In this document: positions 48,790 through 62,435 of the stretch, in pieces
Position numbering within the stretch: the first letter of the stretch is position 1
Layout: each line of letters starts with the position of its first letter
Origin: Octopus sinensis
Taxonomy: Eukaryota
NCBI RefSeq assembly: GCF_006345805.1
Contig: NC_042999.1
Coordinates: 14,260,001-14,324,000 of the forward strand
Direction of reading: 5' to 3'
Length of the DNA stretch: 64,000 nucleotides
Position numbers and translations under genes: made by a program
Notes under the pieces: generated by a model
What the model was told of the DNA's origin: nothing
Databases searched by the model: none
The model's input: the letters and a program-made list of their open reading frames with translations, nothing else

Positions 48790-49080
48790 CGTCTGAATTT
48801 AACTTTAGGGACTGTTCAAAGAATCGGGGATAAATTCCAGTGCACGGACGCAGTCGGAACCCTTCTGTGTTCCTTTCTGCTGGCCAGGCTTCACACCATT
48901 CGTTGCAGCTGTCCATGTCACCTCTTACTGCCTTTACAGTGTTCACAGAACGTTGAACAGCAGTCTTAATGTTGGCATGTTGATACACGATGTGAATCTT
49001 CATTATACAGGTAACCCTTTTCCAATATTCAGATGGTTTTCCATTCCTCAGCATCAGCTACTCAACTACAACCTTAATCT
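48790..49080 (-). pseudogene. Tc1/mariner N-terminal transposase remnant
   Basis: PSEYWKRVTCIMKI..AVQRSVNTVKAVRGDMDSCN and frameshifted ASRKEHRR. Confidence 0.45.
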
Positions 49081-50358
49081 TTATGCTCTCCAATGCCGTT
49101 GATTCTTTACCAATACATTAAGCTGTTACTGAAAAAAAAAAGTGGGAGGAAGGAAAAAGGAAAGGAGGCATAATAAATCGTCAAATTTAACCCGAATAAC
49201 CCGTATATGTCTCAGTTAAATTCTAAAATAGCTGTGAATATATACCAAACTCATAAAACATCCATAACAATTTTAATTGATTGATGTATTAAAATAGCGT
49301 TTCAAACTCAACGAAATTTCGTCTCAAAATTACTCTAATTACAGATTTCATCTGTAATCTAATTTATAGGTAAAATAACTATGTAAAGCACTCTAATTAG
49401 ATATAAAATATAAAATACAAAATTATTTAAATCTGATTTAACACCATATAAATAAGTTATTAGTTAATGATATATTATATTACTAAATGCTTCGCTTATT
49501 ATATTACAAAAATACCTTTATTTCATTTAGTTTTTCCTCTTTTGTTTGCAATCTACTAAGCAATTCGTTTTTGCCGATAGCATATGGAACACTGGAAGTG
49601 TAACAAACAAAAGTAAATATTCAATCGATTTAGCCAAATGTATAATTATTGAATGGGGCTGGCTTCTGATGAAAATTCTCGAAGAAAATTATTGTAAAAT
49701 TTTTCGTTTTATTCTTTTTCTGGAAATCATCGCTTTTACTGCCGCTGTCCTACATTCTTTACACACTCGGAAATTGAAACATTCAGTTCAAATTCTACGT
49801 AGTGTTATTACTGTGACTGTGTTGCGAAAACTAAGATATTAATCCTCGCAAAAAGTCTTCTCAGTACACCTTCTATGTTAGTGGAACATCACTGAGACAA
49901 GCGGAGAAGTTTAACTCCTTATTTAAAGTGACCATATCCAACCTAAATATCTACCTGGTTTATGTTCAGACTGGCTAGATCTGGCCTCTCACACCTACTC
50001 TGCAATGCCATTCTATAAACAAACAGTCACATCTTTGAAATCTCAAAGCTACTAGATAATATATGGTTGATTTTTTTTAATGTGAATAAGGAAGCATTAC
50101 ATTTGTGAAAATAAATCTGAATTCTAAAGAGTTAGATGTCTCGAGTGATTGGAGGCAGGTGGCTGGATTCGAATGCTGAAATTACAGGTGTTGACCCAGT
50201 GATCTGCCAGCTTTAGCATTAGATCCCCAGAGGACAGAGGTTGGTGAAAAAATCCTAACTTACCATCTTCAATTCGATTTTCGTGCCTATTCTCTGGAGT
50301 ACAATCGCAAATACAAGCAGTCAGAATGGGGTTCCTCCGAACTATCTTTGGAGTAACT

Positions 50359-50945
50359 TATTTCTTTACTACCCACAAGGGGCTAAGCACTGAAGGGGCA
50401 AACAAGGACAGACAAACGGATTAAGTCGATTATATCGACCCCAGTGCGTAACTGGTACTTATTTAATCGACCCCGAAAGGATGAAAGACAAAGTCGACCT
50501 CAGTGGAATTTGAACTCAGAACGTAGCGGCGGACGAAATACCTATTTCTTTACTACCAACAAGGGGCTAAACACAGAGAGGACAAACAAGGACAGACAAA
50601 CGGATTAAGTCGATTATATCGACCCCAGTGCGTAACTGGTACTTATTTAATCGACCCCGAAAGGATGAAAGACAAAGTCGACCTTGGCGGAATTTGAACT
50701 CAGAATGTAACGGCAGATGAAATACCTATTTCTTTATTACCCACAAGGGGCTAAACACAGAAGGGACAAACAAGGACAGACAAACGGATTAAGTCGATTA
50801 CATCGACCACAGTGCGTAACTGGTACTTAATTTATCGACCCCGAAAGGATAAAAGACAAAGTCGAACTCGGCGGAATTTGAACTCAGAACGTAACAGCAG
50901 ACGAAATACCACTAAGCATTTCACCCGGCGTGCTAACGTTTCTGT
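50359..50945 (-). mobile_element. SINE B trimer: one head plus three 184-bp units
   Basis: TATTTCTTTA(C/T)TAC at 50359, 50543 and 50727; head only at 50911-50945. Confidence 0.92.
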
Positions 50946-50946
50946 C

Positions 50947-51265
50947 GGTGATCAGGGAGTCTTTCCAGCTTGAGCTGCTACTTGTATGCATTGAGAAATC
51001 ACAGCTCCAATAGCATGGACATGTGATTAGAATGTCGCAGAAAAGAATCACAAGAAGGATTCTTCAAGCCAAGCCGACCGGCAGGAGGTCTGGGGGTAGA
51101 CAAGAACGTAGTGGTTGAATGGTGTCCATCGTCTCAGTTGGTCACGCTTGAGAATTCAACCGGAAAGTATAATGGTAGTTGCAACTGATAGGACATTACG
51201 GAAAAGCTGCCTAAGGACTCTACCCCATCCTACCCCTAAGACTTCCTTAAGAATAGTAGAGAGAG
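50947..51265 (+). mobile_element. RTE-like LINE 3' fragment
   Basis: IRESFQLELLLVCIEKSQLQ*HGHVIRMSQKRITRRILQAKPTGRRSGGR..VATDRTLRK. Confidence 0.82.
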
Positions 51266-51897
51266 AAAATGGGTAGATGGAAATAATAATCTGAAAGCTT
51301 TGAACTCGAATGAATTCAACTAACAATAAGATAGCTTGTGTCGTTCAATGAAGCAAACACTGTACTATTTGCAGGTTAAATCGATGTATAAAGGAAGTCC
51401 GTTTTATCAAGAGTTATATTATTTGTAAACACATACACAATAAGTTGAAGTTTTATGAAGATATCTTATTTTAATGAGCAATGGTTTCTAACTAATAAAA
51501 TGCAGAGAAACTGGCGCAAGATGTAAAACTACGGTAAAAAGCCAACTGTCAGTTTGTTTACGTACATGGTCAAGTCCTGTTACTTAATTTTCTTTAAGCA
51601 CATAAGATCATTATGACCTTAAAAAATACTTATCGATAATTCTAAGGAGAGTGTTGTCTGTGGTTCATTTTAAGGGGTTGTATAGTGCTTGAACCACTAC
51701 TTAACAGTGATCCAAGCCCTTGCCTTATGTTCATAAGAAACAAGATAATTTCCTGGGATATTCTTTTTCTTTTAATGTAGGCTCCTTCTAAGCTGTCAAA
51801 TACGATAAGTGGTTTAAATAGCAGCACCGATTAGAAAGATTGTCAGCTGTAGTATTAACTAGCGGTAAACTATTTATTATTTAATAGAGAGAGGATA

Positions 51898-52130
51898 GGC
51901 GGCGAGCTGGCAGAGACGTTAGCGCGCCGGGTGAAATGCTTAGCGGTATTTCGTCTGCCGTTACGTTATGAGTTCAAATTCCGCCGAGGTCGACTTTGCC
52001 TTTCATCCTTTCGGGATCGATAAATAAAGTACCAGTTACGCACTGGGGTCGATGTAATCGACTTAATCCGTTTGTCTGTCTTTGTTTGTCCCCTCTGTGT
52101 TTAGCCCCTTGTGGGCAAAAAAGAAATATA
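51898..52130 (+). mobile_element. SINE family B, full length with long tail
   Basis: GGCGGCGAGCTGGCAGAG head to TTAGCCCCTTGTGGGC..AAGAAATA. Confidence 0.9.
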
Positions 52131-52355
52131 TTTAAGAGAGAAAGAGAGAGAAAATGGAAGTGGGTACTATTTGCAATTTCCCATTTACTGTAAACTATTT
52201 ACCATATAATTGAAAAAGCAACGGTATCATTATTTAAAAAGATAAACACCAAATTATGGAAGATACAGTTTTTATTATAAAGGATTTGCACCATTCGAAA
52301 TATGTGTGCCAACAGACGTCAGGGAAAACAGTTTTTAGTTAGGTTTGTGTTAGTT

Positions 52356-52609
52356 GTGTGGAGGCGCGTGGCTTAGTGGTTAGGGTGTCAGCATCATGAT
52401 CGTAAGAGTGTGGTTTCGATTCCTGGATCGAGCGACGCGTTGTGTTCTAGAGCAAAACACTTCATTTCACATTGCTCCAGTCCACTCAGCTGGCAAAAAT
52501 GAGTAACGCTGCGATGGACTGGCGTCTCGTCCAGCTGGGGAACACATACGCCGTAGATCCCGGGAAACCGGTCCCATGAGCCTGGCTAGGCTTTAAAAGG
52601 GCGCATTTA
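52356..52609 (+). mobile_element. SINE family D
   Basis: tRNA-like head, GCTCCAGTCCACTCAGCTGG and GCGATGGACTGGCGTC core; related copies at 53207-53440 and 56585-56760. Confidence 0.8.
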
Positions 52610-53166
52610 TTATTTTTTGTGTTAGTTGTAATGAAATATTTTCATGTATATTACCCGGAGGTCCGACTTGGCTATCTATGCCATCGCTTTGCATCGCACA
52701 AATTTGCTGCAGGAAATGTTAGTGTGAGATTGGATGAGAAAGCAAGTCCTTTGACTTACAAATGCTGTTCATTCGACAGGCTTCCATACAGTTTCCTCAG
52801 TTTCACTCACAAGTCTTGGTTTGACTGATATCTTATGGCAAAACACGTCCCAAGTGTTCCTTCGCCTTAGGATTGAGTTTGTGTGAGTATACATCCCAAG
52901 ACGTAGATGAATATAGTGTGTATACATACATACATACATACATACATACCCTCACCGTCATTGTCATCGTCGTCGTTATCCGTTTTCTATGTTGGCATGG
53001 TTTGGACGGTTTGACAGGAACTTGCCAATGGTGCAGTTTCTGACTTGCCAGTTCCTGTCAAACCGTTCACTTCATACCAGCATAACAAAAGGACGTTAAG
53101 TGATGATGATGATGATTATGATGAGATGATGATGATGAGATGATGATAACGATGATGATGACAATG

Positions 53167-53206
<40 letters not shown>

Positions 53207-53208
<2 letters not shown>

Positions 53209-53440
53209 GAGGCGCATGGCTTAGTGGCCAGGATGTTGGGCTCATGATTGTAAGGTTGTGATTTCGATTCCTGGACCGAGCGATGCGTTTCGTTCTTGAG
53301 CAAAACACTCCATTTCATGATATTCCAATGCATTCAGCTGGAAAAAAATGAGCAACCATGTGACAGACCGGCGTCCCGTCCATGGAGGAATATATGCATC
53401 AGAGAAACCGGGGAACCGGCCTTTGCTTCTTACGGAGTAA
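53207..53440 (+). mobile_element. SINE family D
   Basis: GAGGCGCATGGCTTAGTGG head; CTTGAGCAAAACAC core. Confidence 0.75.
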
Positions 53441-53577
53441 TGTGGACTAACCAGCCAACCATATATACATACATACACACATACATACATACATACATAC
53501 ATACATACATACATACATACATACATAGATACATGCATACATACATACATACATACATACATACATACATACATACA

Positions 53578-54400
53578 AGGATGAACCTAAATGAGCAGAA
53601 GACAGTGCATGGATATGTTAGTAGAAAGCTCCGAGATGATAGTAACATTGATCATCAAAGCAATCTATCGTGGATCAATAGTCAGATTACTACCTCCCAC
53701 TTTGAAGGGTATGCGTTTGCAATCCAGGAACAAGAAATATCGACCAAGTACCTGATGCACAAAAGAGATAGAGATGCAGGAAAAGCAATAAAATGTGACA
53801 ACCGATGCAGACTTTGTGGAGTTAACACCGAAGATATTACCCACATCATAAGCAGTGTCCGAAAATGTCATCACGGTATTTTCTACCGAAGAGGACACTC
53901 TATAATGAAATCCATTGGAAGGATAATTCCGAGGACGAAGAAATAAGAACCCACAACATGGTAGAAGCCATATCCACTCATAATAAAAAGCAGTACTGGT
54001 GGAATGTCCCAGTGAAGACTTCAATAACATGTAAGCACAACAGACCTGATATAATGATTTGCGATAGAGAAGAGAAACTGTGTACAGTTGTGGACATTAG
54101 CTGCCCAGCAGATGTTAACATAAAGCTGAAGATGAAAAAGAGAATACCTACGCTGGACTATTGAGAAATTTGCAGTTACTATACCTGTAACACACTGCCT
54201 AAATACCATTCTTGAGAAATTAGGCTTCTCAAAACCAGAAAAGAGAATGCTAATTCGATGACTACAGATCCAATCCATCACTGGAACTGTAAAAATCTGT
54301 AAAACTTTCCAGAAGTTTATTATTTAAATATATATGAACATGTCTAGATATGCAACTATATACATGAGAGTACATACATAAAGCAAAACATACAAATCTG
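53578..54400 (+). mobile_element. Second R4/Dong-like lineage, 3' fragment flanked by (TACA)n
   Basis: FEGYAFAIQEQEISTKY..CRLCGVNTEDITHIISS..WWNVPVKT..HNRPDIMI..VVDISCP; (TACA)n at both 53460-53577 and 54400-54460. Confidence 0.85.
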
Positions 54401-54414
54401 CACACATACATACA

Positions 54415-54448
<34 letters not shown>

Positions 54449-54480
54449 CATACATACATATGAATATATATATATATATT

Positions 54481-54528
<48 letters not shown>

Positions 54529-54529
54529 C

Positions 54530-54960
54530 CTAGTTGGGTGTCCAGATGCGCAATTAGTCTGGTATGTGCCCAGGAAGGGTAGTTTGTGATGAAGACAAAC
54601 TCAGGAGATCGAGAATTTTAATAGAAAAGCTCGAGTTATGTTCAATGAGTTTTTGACAAACGTTTGCACGAAATTTCTGCAATTACAATTTCCAAAATGT
54701 GTGGCTGGTTTTACACAAGTCTTCACCATGAAAACAAATGATTTCCTTGGATAGTTTAACAGCGTTAGTATTAGGAGTTAGATCCACGTCCATCGAAGCC
54801 GAAGGGAGAATCCATTATATATGTATAGTGCGATTTAAATTTAAATTGGGTGGCATATAAGCAGTATTTAGACCTTTATGTGCATTCTTAAACATCAGAG
54901 GAGAAAACTCCAAGGGAGCTTCTGCATTATAGTCTCGGTTTCCATTCACTGCCCATCAAA
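54530..54960 (-). pseudogene. Possible degraded APE-endonuclease remnant
   Basis: YMPPN and KILDLL-like strings. Weak call. Confidence 0.3.
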
Positions 54961-55075
54961 GTAAGAAAGATCAGGGTAGATACAGAAAAAAGAAAACGAG
55001 TTTGTTCGTAAATTACTTAGTTACGTTATCTTAACTTATGAACGAACCATATATCTGTGTGCGCGTGCGTGCATA

Positions 55076-55139
<64 letters not shown>

Positions 55140-55510
55140 AGTGTGTGTGTCTGCGCGCGCGTGTGTGTGTGTGTGTGTGTGTTCACTTGGTTTTCCTTTT
55201 CAAATCTCACTCTGATAGAGACGGAACCAGTCTCCAACACAGAAGCAAGACTTCTTCATTGGAAATTGGGTAACATCAACTGCGTAGTTATTTACGCAAG
55301 TATGTATGCATGTATGTATGTGAGTATGTATGTATATATGTATTATGTATATACAAGTGTTCGTATGCGTGTGTGTGTCTATGTATCTACAAACACATAT
55401 GTACGTCTGTATATGTACATCTGCGGCATGTATGTCATGAATGCGTGAGTCCGTTTAACTTGAGTATGTGTAGAGATACACACATTACATACATAGAAAC
55501 ATACACACTC

Positions 55511-55563
<53 letters not shown>

Positions 55564-56179
55564 ACATACACATATATGTATGGCTATATCTGTGTATTTA
55601 TACACACTATACATGCTAAACACACTACATGCTAAACTCGTGCAATGTTCTACATTTTACACTTCCGTTAATGACTTGTAATTGTACTTATCTAATTAGC
55701 CGTGTCGTTTCTGGTTTTGTGAAACCCAGCATCTGAAGATTAGTTCTGAGGAGGCCGTTATTTACATAACCAATTACTGCATAATCACAAGTATTAATTT
55801 GAAGTTATAGACTTGGTGTAATATCTGAAGATTTCTCATTACTTCACCATGAATTCTTTCTTTTTATCGAGATAACTGATTTCTACTAATCTTTTCTCTG
55901 TCCCAGATCTTTATAGCTGTCTGCTGTGCTTATATTTTTCAGAGGTTCGACAGGAATATTCAGCTACTAATATTTTATATCATTGGTAAATGAACCTTCT
56001 ACGCGACTATAAATCAGGTATCGATTTTTGGACTATTTGTTCAACGAATTGCATTGCAAAGAGTTTTGGCATATTTCATGATTCATCAGTAGCGTAGCTA
56101 GGGGTACAGCAATGGGGTCAGTTGACCACAGATTAATGTGAAATACTTGTACACTCATCAAAATTTCTTCAACAGCAGA

Positions 56180-57430
56180 CATGGCTGTGTGGTTAAGAAG
56201 CTCGCTTCGCAACCCCGTGGCTTTGGGTTCAATCTCATTGCGCAACACCTTGGGCAACTCTCTTCAACTGTAGCCCCGGACCGACTAATGCTTTGTGAGT
56301 GAATTTGGTAGACAGGAATTATGTGAAAGCCCCTTAACGCGTGTGTGCGTGTGCACGCGCGAGTGTGTGTGCTCCCCCTCCTCCACACCATGACATTGTT
56401 TTTTCATTGTATCGAAAGAATACTGGGGAAGGAACACTGTAGGGGGCAAGGGACAAGGTGCAGCAAAGTGAAGGGTTGCCCTCGACGGAACACTCTGGCT
56501 ACGCCGTGCTTCAGAGATCCGTAGAACCTTGATGACAATTCTGGATAACTGCTTATTGCTTATGATAATGGTCATATCATGGGAGTGAAGGTGTGTGGCT
56601 TAGTGGTTAGGAGTATTCGCGATCATAAGATTATGAGTTCGATTCCTGGCAGCACATTGTGTCCTTGAGCAAGAAACTTTATTTCACGTTGCTGCAATCC
56701 ACTCAGCTGGCAAAAGTAAATTGTACTTTTAGCTCCAAGAGCCAGCCTCGTCATACGCCGAATCTTCTTATTTTCTTGTATCGTTCCTCATCGAATATCG
56801 AAGAAATAGTCTGGTCATTGATTGACTGGTTGGTTGTTTTTCCTGCTTTTTCAATCAGACAGTAACATTCATCTCGGCAAAACTCCAAATGCCGTAACCA
56901 AGGAAACGTTCTTCTTTATATCGCTCGTAATTTTTTTGGCATATTCCTTCAAATTGTCCACTGAATGTTATATAGCAGGTTAACGAGAAACAATTATACA
57001 CCCTTCAGATGTCTTCAACAGCAGACATGGCTGTGTAGTTAAGAAGATTGCTTTGCAGCCACGTGGTTTGGGGTTCAGGTCCATTGTGCGGCACCTTGGG
57101 TAAATGTTTCCTACTATAGCTCCGAGCTTAACAATATTTTGCGAGTGAATTTCGTAGACAGAAACTGTGCGGAAGCCACTTTCTATGTGTGTATGTGTGT
57201 GCGCCTTTGTGTCTGTGTTTGTGCACACCCCTTGACACTCGGAGTTGGTTCGTTTACGTCTCCGTTACTTAGCGGTTAGGTAAAAGAGACTGATAGAAAA
57301 TATAACAGACTTTTAAAAAACGTACTGCGATCAATTTGAATTCAAATTCATAATGGCTTTGAAAGCGGTGCCCCAGCATGACCGCAGTCCAATGTCAGAA
57401 ACATATAATAAATAAACGATAAAAGAAAGA
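56180..57430 (+). mobile_element. Two SINE A subfamily copies (56180-56400, 57020-57430) with a SINE D fragment between
   Basis: Both A copies begin CTTCAACAGCAGACATGGCTGTGT. Confidence 0.7.
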
Positions 57431-57875
57431 TAAGATAAAGGGTTTATTGCTGACATAAACAGACTGTTTCTTTGAAATATATTCTCACAAAGACAATGAA
57501 TTACTGTATTTAAATTCAGGAAAGTGACATATGATGAAACCAAGTTGCCAAATGACTTCCATTATGGTTTTTCATTAAAGTCTGTACCAAACTGCTTTAA
57601 AATTAACGTATTTATTTCTAATTAATGTCAGTGGTTATCTGATTTATTAAAATATTTCAATATCTTCAGGTGTTACCACTCTTATTAATCACTCCTGTTA
57701 ATTTATTCAAAATTTTTACTGTTCTTAAGCTAAATACCTCCTTCCTCTCATTAATATTTGGGATCTCAAGTATAAGCTTTGCCGTGTCTTCTCGATTTAT
57801 GTTATCATTAGAAAGGAGGATAGAGTTAGGTAAATACTCTTCACAATGTCTATTTATCATTTTATATATTTCTAA

Positions 57876-58265
57876 CTAGGTCTGTGGGAAGACCGTTCTT
57901 ACGATACAAGGATGTTTGCAAAAGGGACATGAATGCCTGCAACATCAATATTAGCAACTGGGAAGCAGTTGCCAGCAATCGTGGAGATTGGCGACGTACC
58001 GTAAAAGAGTGAACAAAAAGAAGTGACAGGGAGAGAGAGAGAGGGGGGGATGGAAAGACAAGAAAAGACGTCAACAAGAAAGTATGACATTACAACCAGC
58101 CAGGCAAAGTCTTCGCTACATTTGCGGCACCCTCCACAGGGAGTATTTGTCCTGGATAGGGCTACACAGCCACAGCAGGAGATGTATTAGGACATGAAAT
58201 GTAAAAGCCGGACTAGATTATTTTATGCGCAACTCCATTGTCTCCCGACACAAAAAGGATACCAA
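57876..58265 (+). mobile_element. RTE-clade LINE 3' end
   Basis: RSVGRPFLRYKDVCKRDMNACNINISNWEAVASNRGDWRRTVK...WIGLHSHSRRC. Confidence 0.88.
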
Positions 58266-58629
58266 CAATATTTCTAACATAACAGCTCTGGCTTTTTATG
58301 AATTTCATCCATAATTTTGAGGAACGAGTGCTCGACTTCTCTAGAGATATCAAAGTTTTCTTTTTTATCGATTATTATCAAATTGTTTTCATTCACCTTC
58401 AGAATTACAGTTGGGCACAGTTCAAGTCACTTTTCATTCTATCTATTTTCCTATATGAAACTGTTTTCATTTTTCCGGATGTAAGGTAACAGCCATATTT
58501 TATTCCAGTTTACCAGTTTTCAGAGATATTTTTGACGTTTCGTAGTGTCTTTCTCTTTACATGTGATGACGAAAATCTTGGTATCATCTGCAAATTATAT
58601 ACATTCGTGACAAGTCTTTAATATATTCT

Positions 58630-58834
58630 TTTTCAAAATTCTTTTACTTGTTTCAGTCATTTGACTGCGGCCATGCTGGAGCACTGCCTTTAGTCGAACA
58701 AATCGACCTAAGGACTTATTCTTAGTAAGCCTAATACTTATTCTAATCGATCTTTTGTCGAACCGCTAAGTTACGGGGATGTAAATACACCAACACCGGT
58801 TGTCATGTGATGGTGGGTGACAAACACAAACACA

Positions 58835-58880
<46 letters not shown>

Positions 58881-59045
58881 CGACGGGTTTCTTTTTGTTT
58901 TGTCTACCAAATCCACTCGCAAGGCTTAGGTCGGCCCGAAGCTATAGTAGAAGACACTTGCCCCAGGTGCCACGCGGTGGGACTGAACCCGGAACCATGT
59001 GGTTGGGAAGCAAGCTTCTTACCACACTGCCGCACCTGCGCCTAT
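58630..59045 (-). mobile_element. SINE family A, full length
   Basis: Tail, internal (CA)n and head all present. Confidence 0.9.
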
Positions 59046-59571
59046 GCTCACAAAACTTTTAAACAGGAGTGTTCCCAATACTGATCCTTGGTTTATTCTT
59101 GATTCGCTTTCCTTCATCATTTTTTCCCATCATTTAGAAAGTTCGTAGTTCACGTCGCTATTAGAACATTAGATTCTGGGTTGCAATTCACTGTTAGTTT
59201 TTCACTGTGCGAATTGTTTCTGCTAGAACCAGCCAGACTGGAATTGGTATGTTTGTTTGGTATATTAGCTAGTGCCAGTCAGTTTGGTATATTGGTATCA
59301 CCACTTAGGACTAGTTTGTATAGGTAGGTACGCAATCACCGATAAAAAGTCAGTTTCATTTTGTGCCGTAAGCCAACAACCAATCACTTCTTGGTTCCTT
59401 CCCTTTCTAACCTTTTCTGTTACTCTCTCAAACATATTCCCATTAATACTGTATTCTTCTTATGCAATCAAAAAACAATGCTTCTTTCTAATTTCTCTTA
59501 GCCATTCTATATCTTTCCCTCGTTCCAATATTTATCCAAAATGAATCCCTATTCTCTTGAGAAGTAATTTC

Positions 59572-59687
<116 letters not shown>

Positions 59688-60478
59688 CATTATCATTTGG
59701 CTACTGTCCACTTATCTCTCTCTGAAGAAAACGAAATCTTGTTAAGTATTTTTCTTTTGGCTACATTCATCTGGCAATAGAATTCCTCACTGTCAACTTT
59801 TAATTCCGTCTGAAAGTGATTAATCTATATTCGACAGTTCTTTTGTATTTCCCTTTTCTTTCTAGATTATTTTTCAATTTTTGTTGGTGAAACTTGCAGC
59901 TATTTCTTCGTTTACATTCGATAAGTATCAACATATAGTTGACGATCTTCCTTGGGTCAACGATCTTTCTCACCAGTTTCCAAATAAATTGTATGGATTA
60001 GTCTGCGTGTGTTGACTCCCTTCATATCTTTAAAATACTGCGTAACAGTTGGGGAAAGGAAATATAAACAAGTGTGTATTTACCACAAATAATGATTCAT
60101 TATTTTCTTGTAAACATTAATATATTTATATCACATGATTTCTGTGGCTCTCTTATGATGTTCTAATAAAGTCTATCTCGCAGCCATAATTTTAGGAAAG
60201 GCTAGCGAATGCCTTTCAACTATTTATATTCTTCACTCCTGTCGCATTTAACACACTGTTGCGAACTGATTTAGTGACTGATAACCCACGTGGTGTCACA
60301 GTTAATATAAGCGTGTTGTGTTCTATTTGACGCAGTATATAGTTCGTGTATTGTTATTGTTTAGTATTCTCACTTTTCAATCCTTCCTATTTTATTTGAC
60401 AGTTGTTTACTGTGAAAATTCTGATTACAGTGAACTTTAACCCAATATTTTTCCACTCCATTCATATAATCAACACAA

Positions 60479-60512
<34 letters not shown>

Positions 60513-60516
<4 letters not shown>

Positions 60517-60839
60517 ACCCCCTTCAGTCATGAATGACCATGGGATTGCACCTAGAAAGTTACCCTCCTAGACACAAGTCCGGGCAAGGTTGTTTATGGA
60601 AGACCAGCAGTCGCCCATGCATACCAGCCTCCCCTCTCCACGCCACCAGTGTTATCCAAGGGAAAGACAAAGGTCGATACAGCTTGGCACCAGTGACGTC
60701 GCAACTCATTTCTACAGCTGAGTGAACTGGAGCAACATGAAATAAAGTGCCTTGCTCAAGAACACAACACGCAGCCCGGTCCGGGATTCGAGCTCACAAC
60801 CTCACGATCGTAAGCTCGACGCTCTAACCACTGAGCCAT
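60513..60839 (-). mobile_element. SINE family E
   Basis: Similar to 32285-32626. Confidence 0.85.
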
Positions 60840-60841
60840 AT

Positions 60842-60928
<87 letters not shown>

Positions 60929-61227
60929 TACAGGGTGTTCCAGTTTTTTCAGATAAATTACAAGGGAGAACTTGAAATTACAATGGCTGCCAGTCGAGTT
61001 CATTCCTCGACTACACGTGATGGTGGCCGTTGTGTGTACTTTGTATTTACTTACAATATCTAAACTGCGCTTGTTAGTGGTGATAGTCAGATTTTGAGAG
61101 ATCCTCTTCTTGGGCATGGCTAAGGAAGACTTTAAGCAAAATAGCTTAAATTTACCCTTAGCCATGACCACCACAGGTAAGAGAACTGAGAGTATCAGTG
61201 GTAGCGTCAAACATAAACACCGATTTA

Positions 61228-61643
61228 TATTTCTTTACTACCCACAAGGGGCTAAACATAGAGGGGACAAACAAGGACAAACAAAGGGATTAAGTCGATT
61301 ACATCGATCCCAGAGCGAAACTGGTACTTTATTTATCGACCCCGAAAGGATGAAAGGCAAAGTCGACCTCGGCGGAATTTGAACTCAGAATGTAAGGACA
61401 GACGAAATACCTATTTCTTTACTACCCACAAGGGGCTAAACACAGAGAGGACAAACAATGACAGACAAACGGATTAAGTCGATTATATTGACCCCAGTGC
61501 GTAACTGGTACTTATTTAATAGACCCCGAAAGGCTGAAAGGCAAAGTCGACCTCAACAGAATTTGAACTCAGAACGTAGCGGCAGGCGAAATACTGCTAA
61601 GCATTTCGCCCGGCGCGCTAACGTTTCTGCCAGCTCGCCGCCT
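61228..61643 (-). mobile_element. SINE B dimer (two 184-bp units, one head) with 12-bp TSD
   Basis: Units start at 61228 and 61412; ATAAACACCGAT at 61213-61224 and 61645-61656. Confidence 0.92.
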
Positions 61644-62336
61644 TATAAACACCGATATATGTCAATAACTCGCACGAGCGCGCACTTACCTTTTTATGGC
61701 ATTTTAAATGCATGCGAGGTGTATAATTAGTAGGTTATAGACTTGTTGAAGAATTATTACGTGACCACCAAAACGGTTATCTGTACTTCTGTGTGTGTGT
61801 GTGTGGTGTGTGTGTGTGTGGTGTGTGTGTGTGTGTGTGGTGTGTGTGTGTGTGTGTGTTGCCGTTTTATAGCTGTTACACAAGTCTGTATTGAATTCAC
61901 AACTAGAATTTAAATATATTTTAGAATTTCATCTCCTTTTATGACTGAAAAGATTTGGTTTATCTCTTCTAAAGTCGTCTTTGTTGGGTTCGTCGTCAAT
62001 GTTGTTGATGTTAGTGTCCAGACATGCTGTTTGTATAGATTACCCGCATAATGAGTTAAAATTTGAGACAAATGTCGAAAGGATTTTGAATAAAGCCCTT
62101 CTCTGGTGAGCGTGATCAAAAGAATACCTAGACTGATAACTGTGATTTAGTAGCAGGAGGTGGTAGACGTAAAAATAAAGCTTCGATGAATAGTTGTCCA
62201 TGCCGTGTAGTTGTATGTATGTATGTATGTATGTATGTATGTATGTATGTATGTATGTATGTATGTATGTATGTATGTATGTGTGTGTATGTATGCATGT
62301 ATGTGTGTATGCGTGCGTGTGTATGTGTGTGTTATT

Positions 62337-62435
62337 CAGTTTTATTTCAAGATTTCTTACCAATAGAGAAAGAACCGGTTTCTAACCTAGGTCCCAGGCT
62401 CCTTCATTAGAATTTCAACATCAACAGGGTATTTT
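62337..62435 (-). mobile_element. Putative extreme 3' end of the (TACA)n-associated R4/Dong-like family
   Basis: Ends AAATAAAACTGAATA, resembling AAATAAAACTACTGAATA of the TAA family; lies downstream of 62715-63690 in the same orientation. Confidence 0.55.

Noticed and set aside
50359-50910. CRISPR-like or satellite array
   Set aside because: Units are whole SINE bodies without unique spacers, in a eukaryotic context.
60932-61210. Tc1-like element starting TA|CAGGGTGTTCCA
   Set aside because: No matching right TIR or transposase remnant found.
62360-62410. Hammerhead-like CTAATGAAGG...GAAACCGGTT on the minus strand
   Set aside because: Core G5 is lost and helices I and II are poor; more simply read as LINE 3' UTR.
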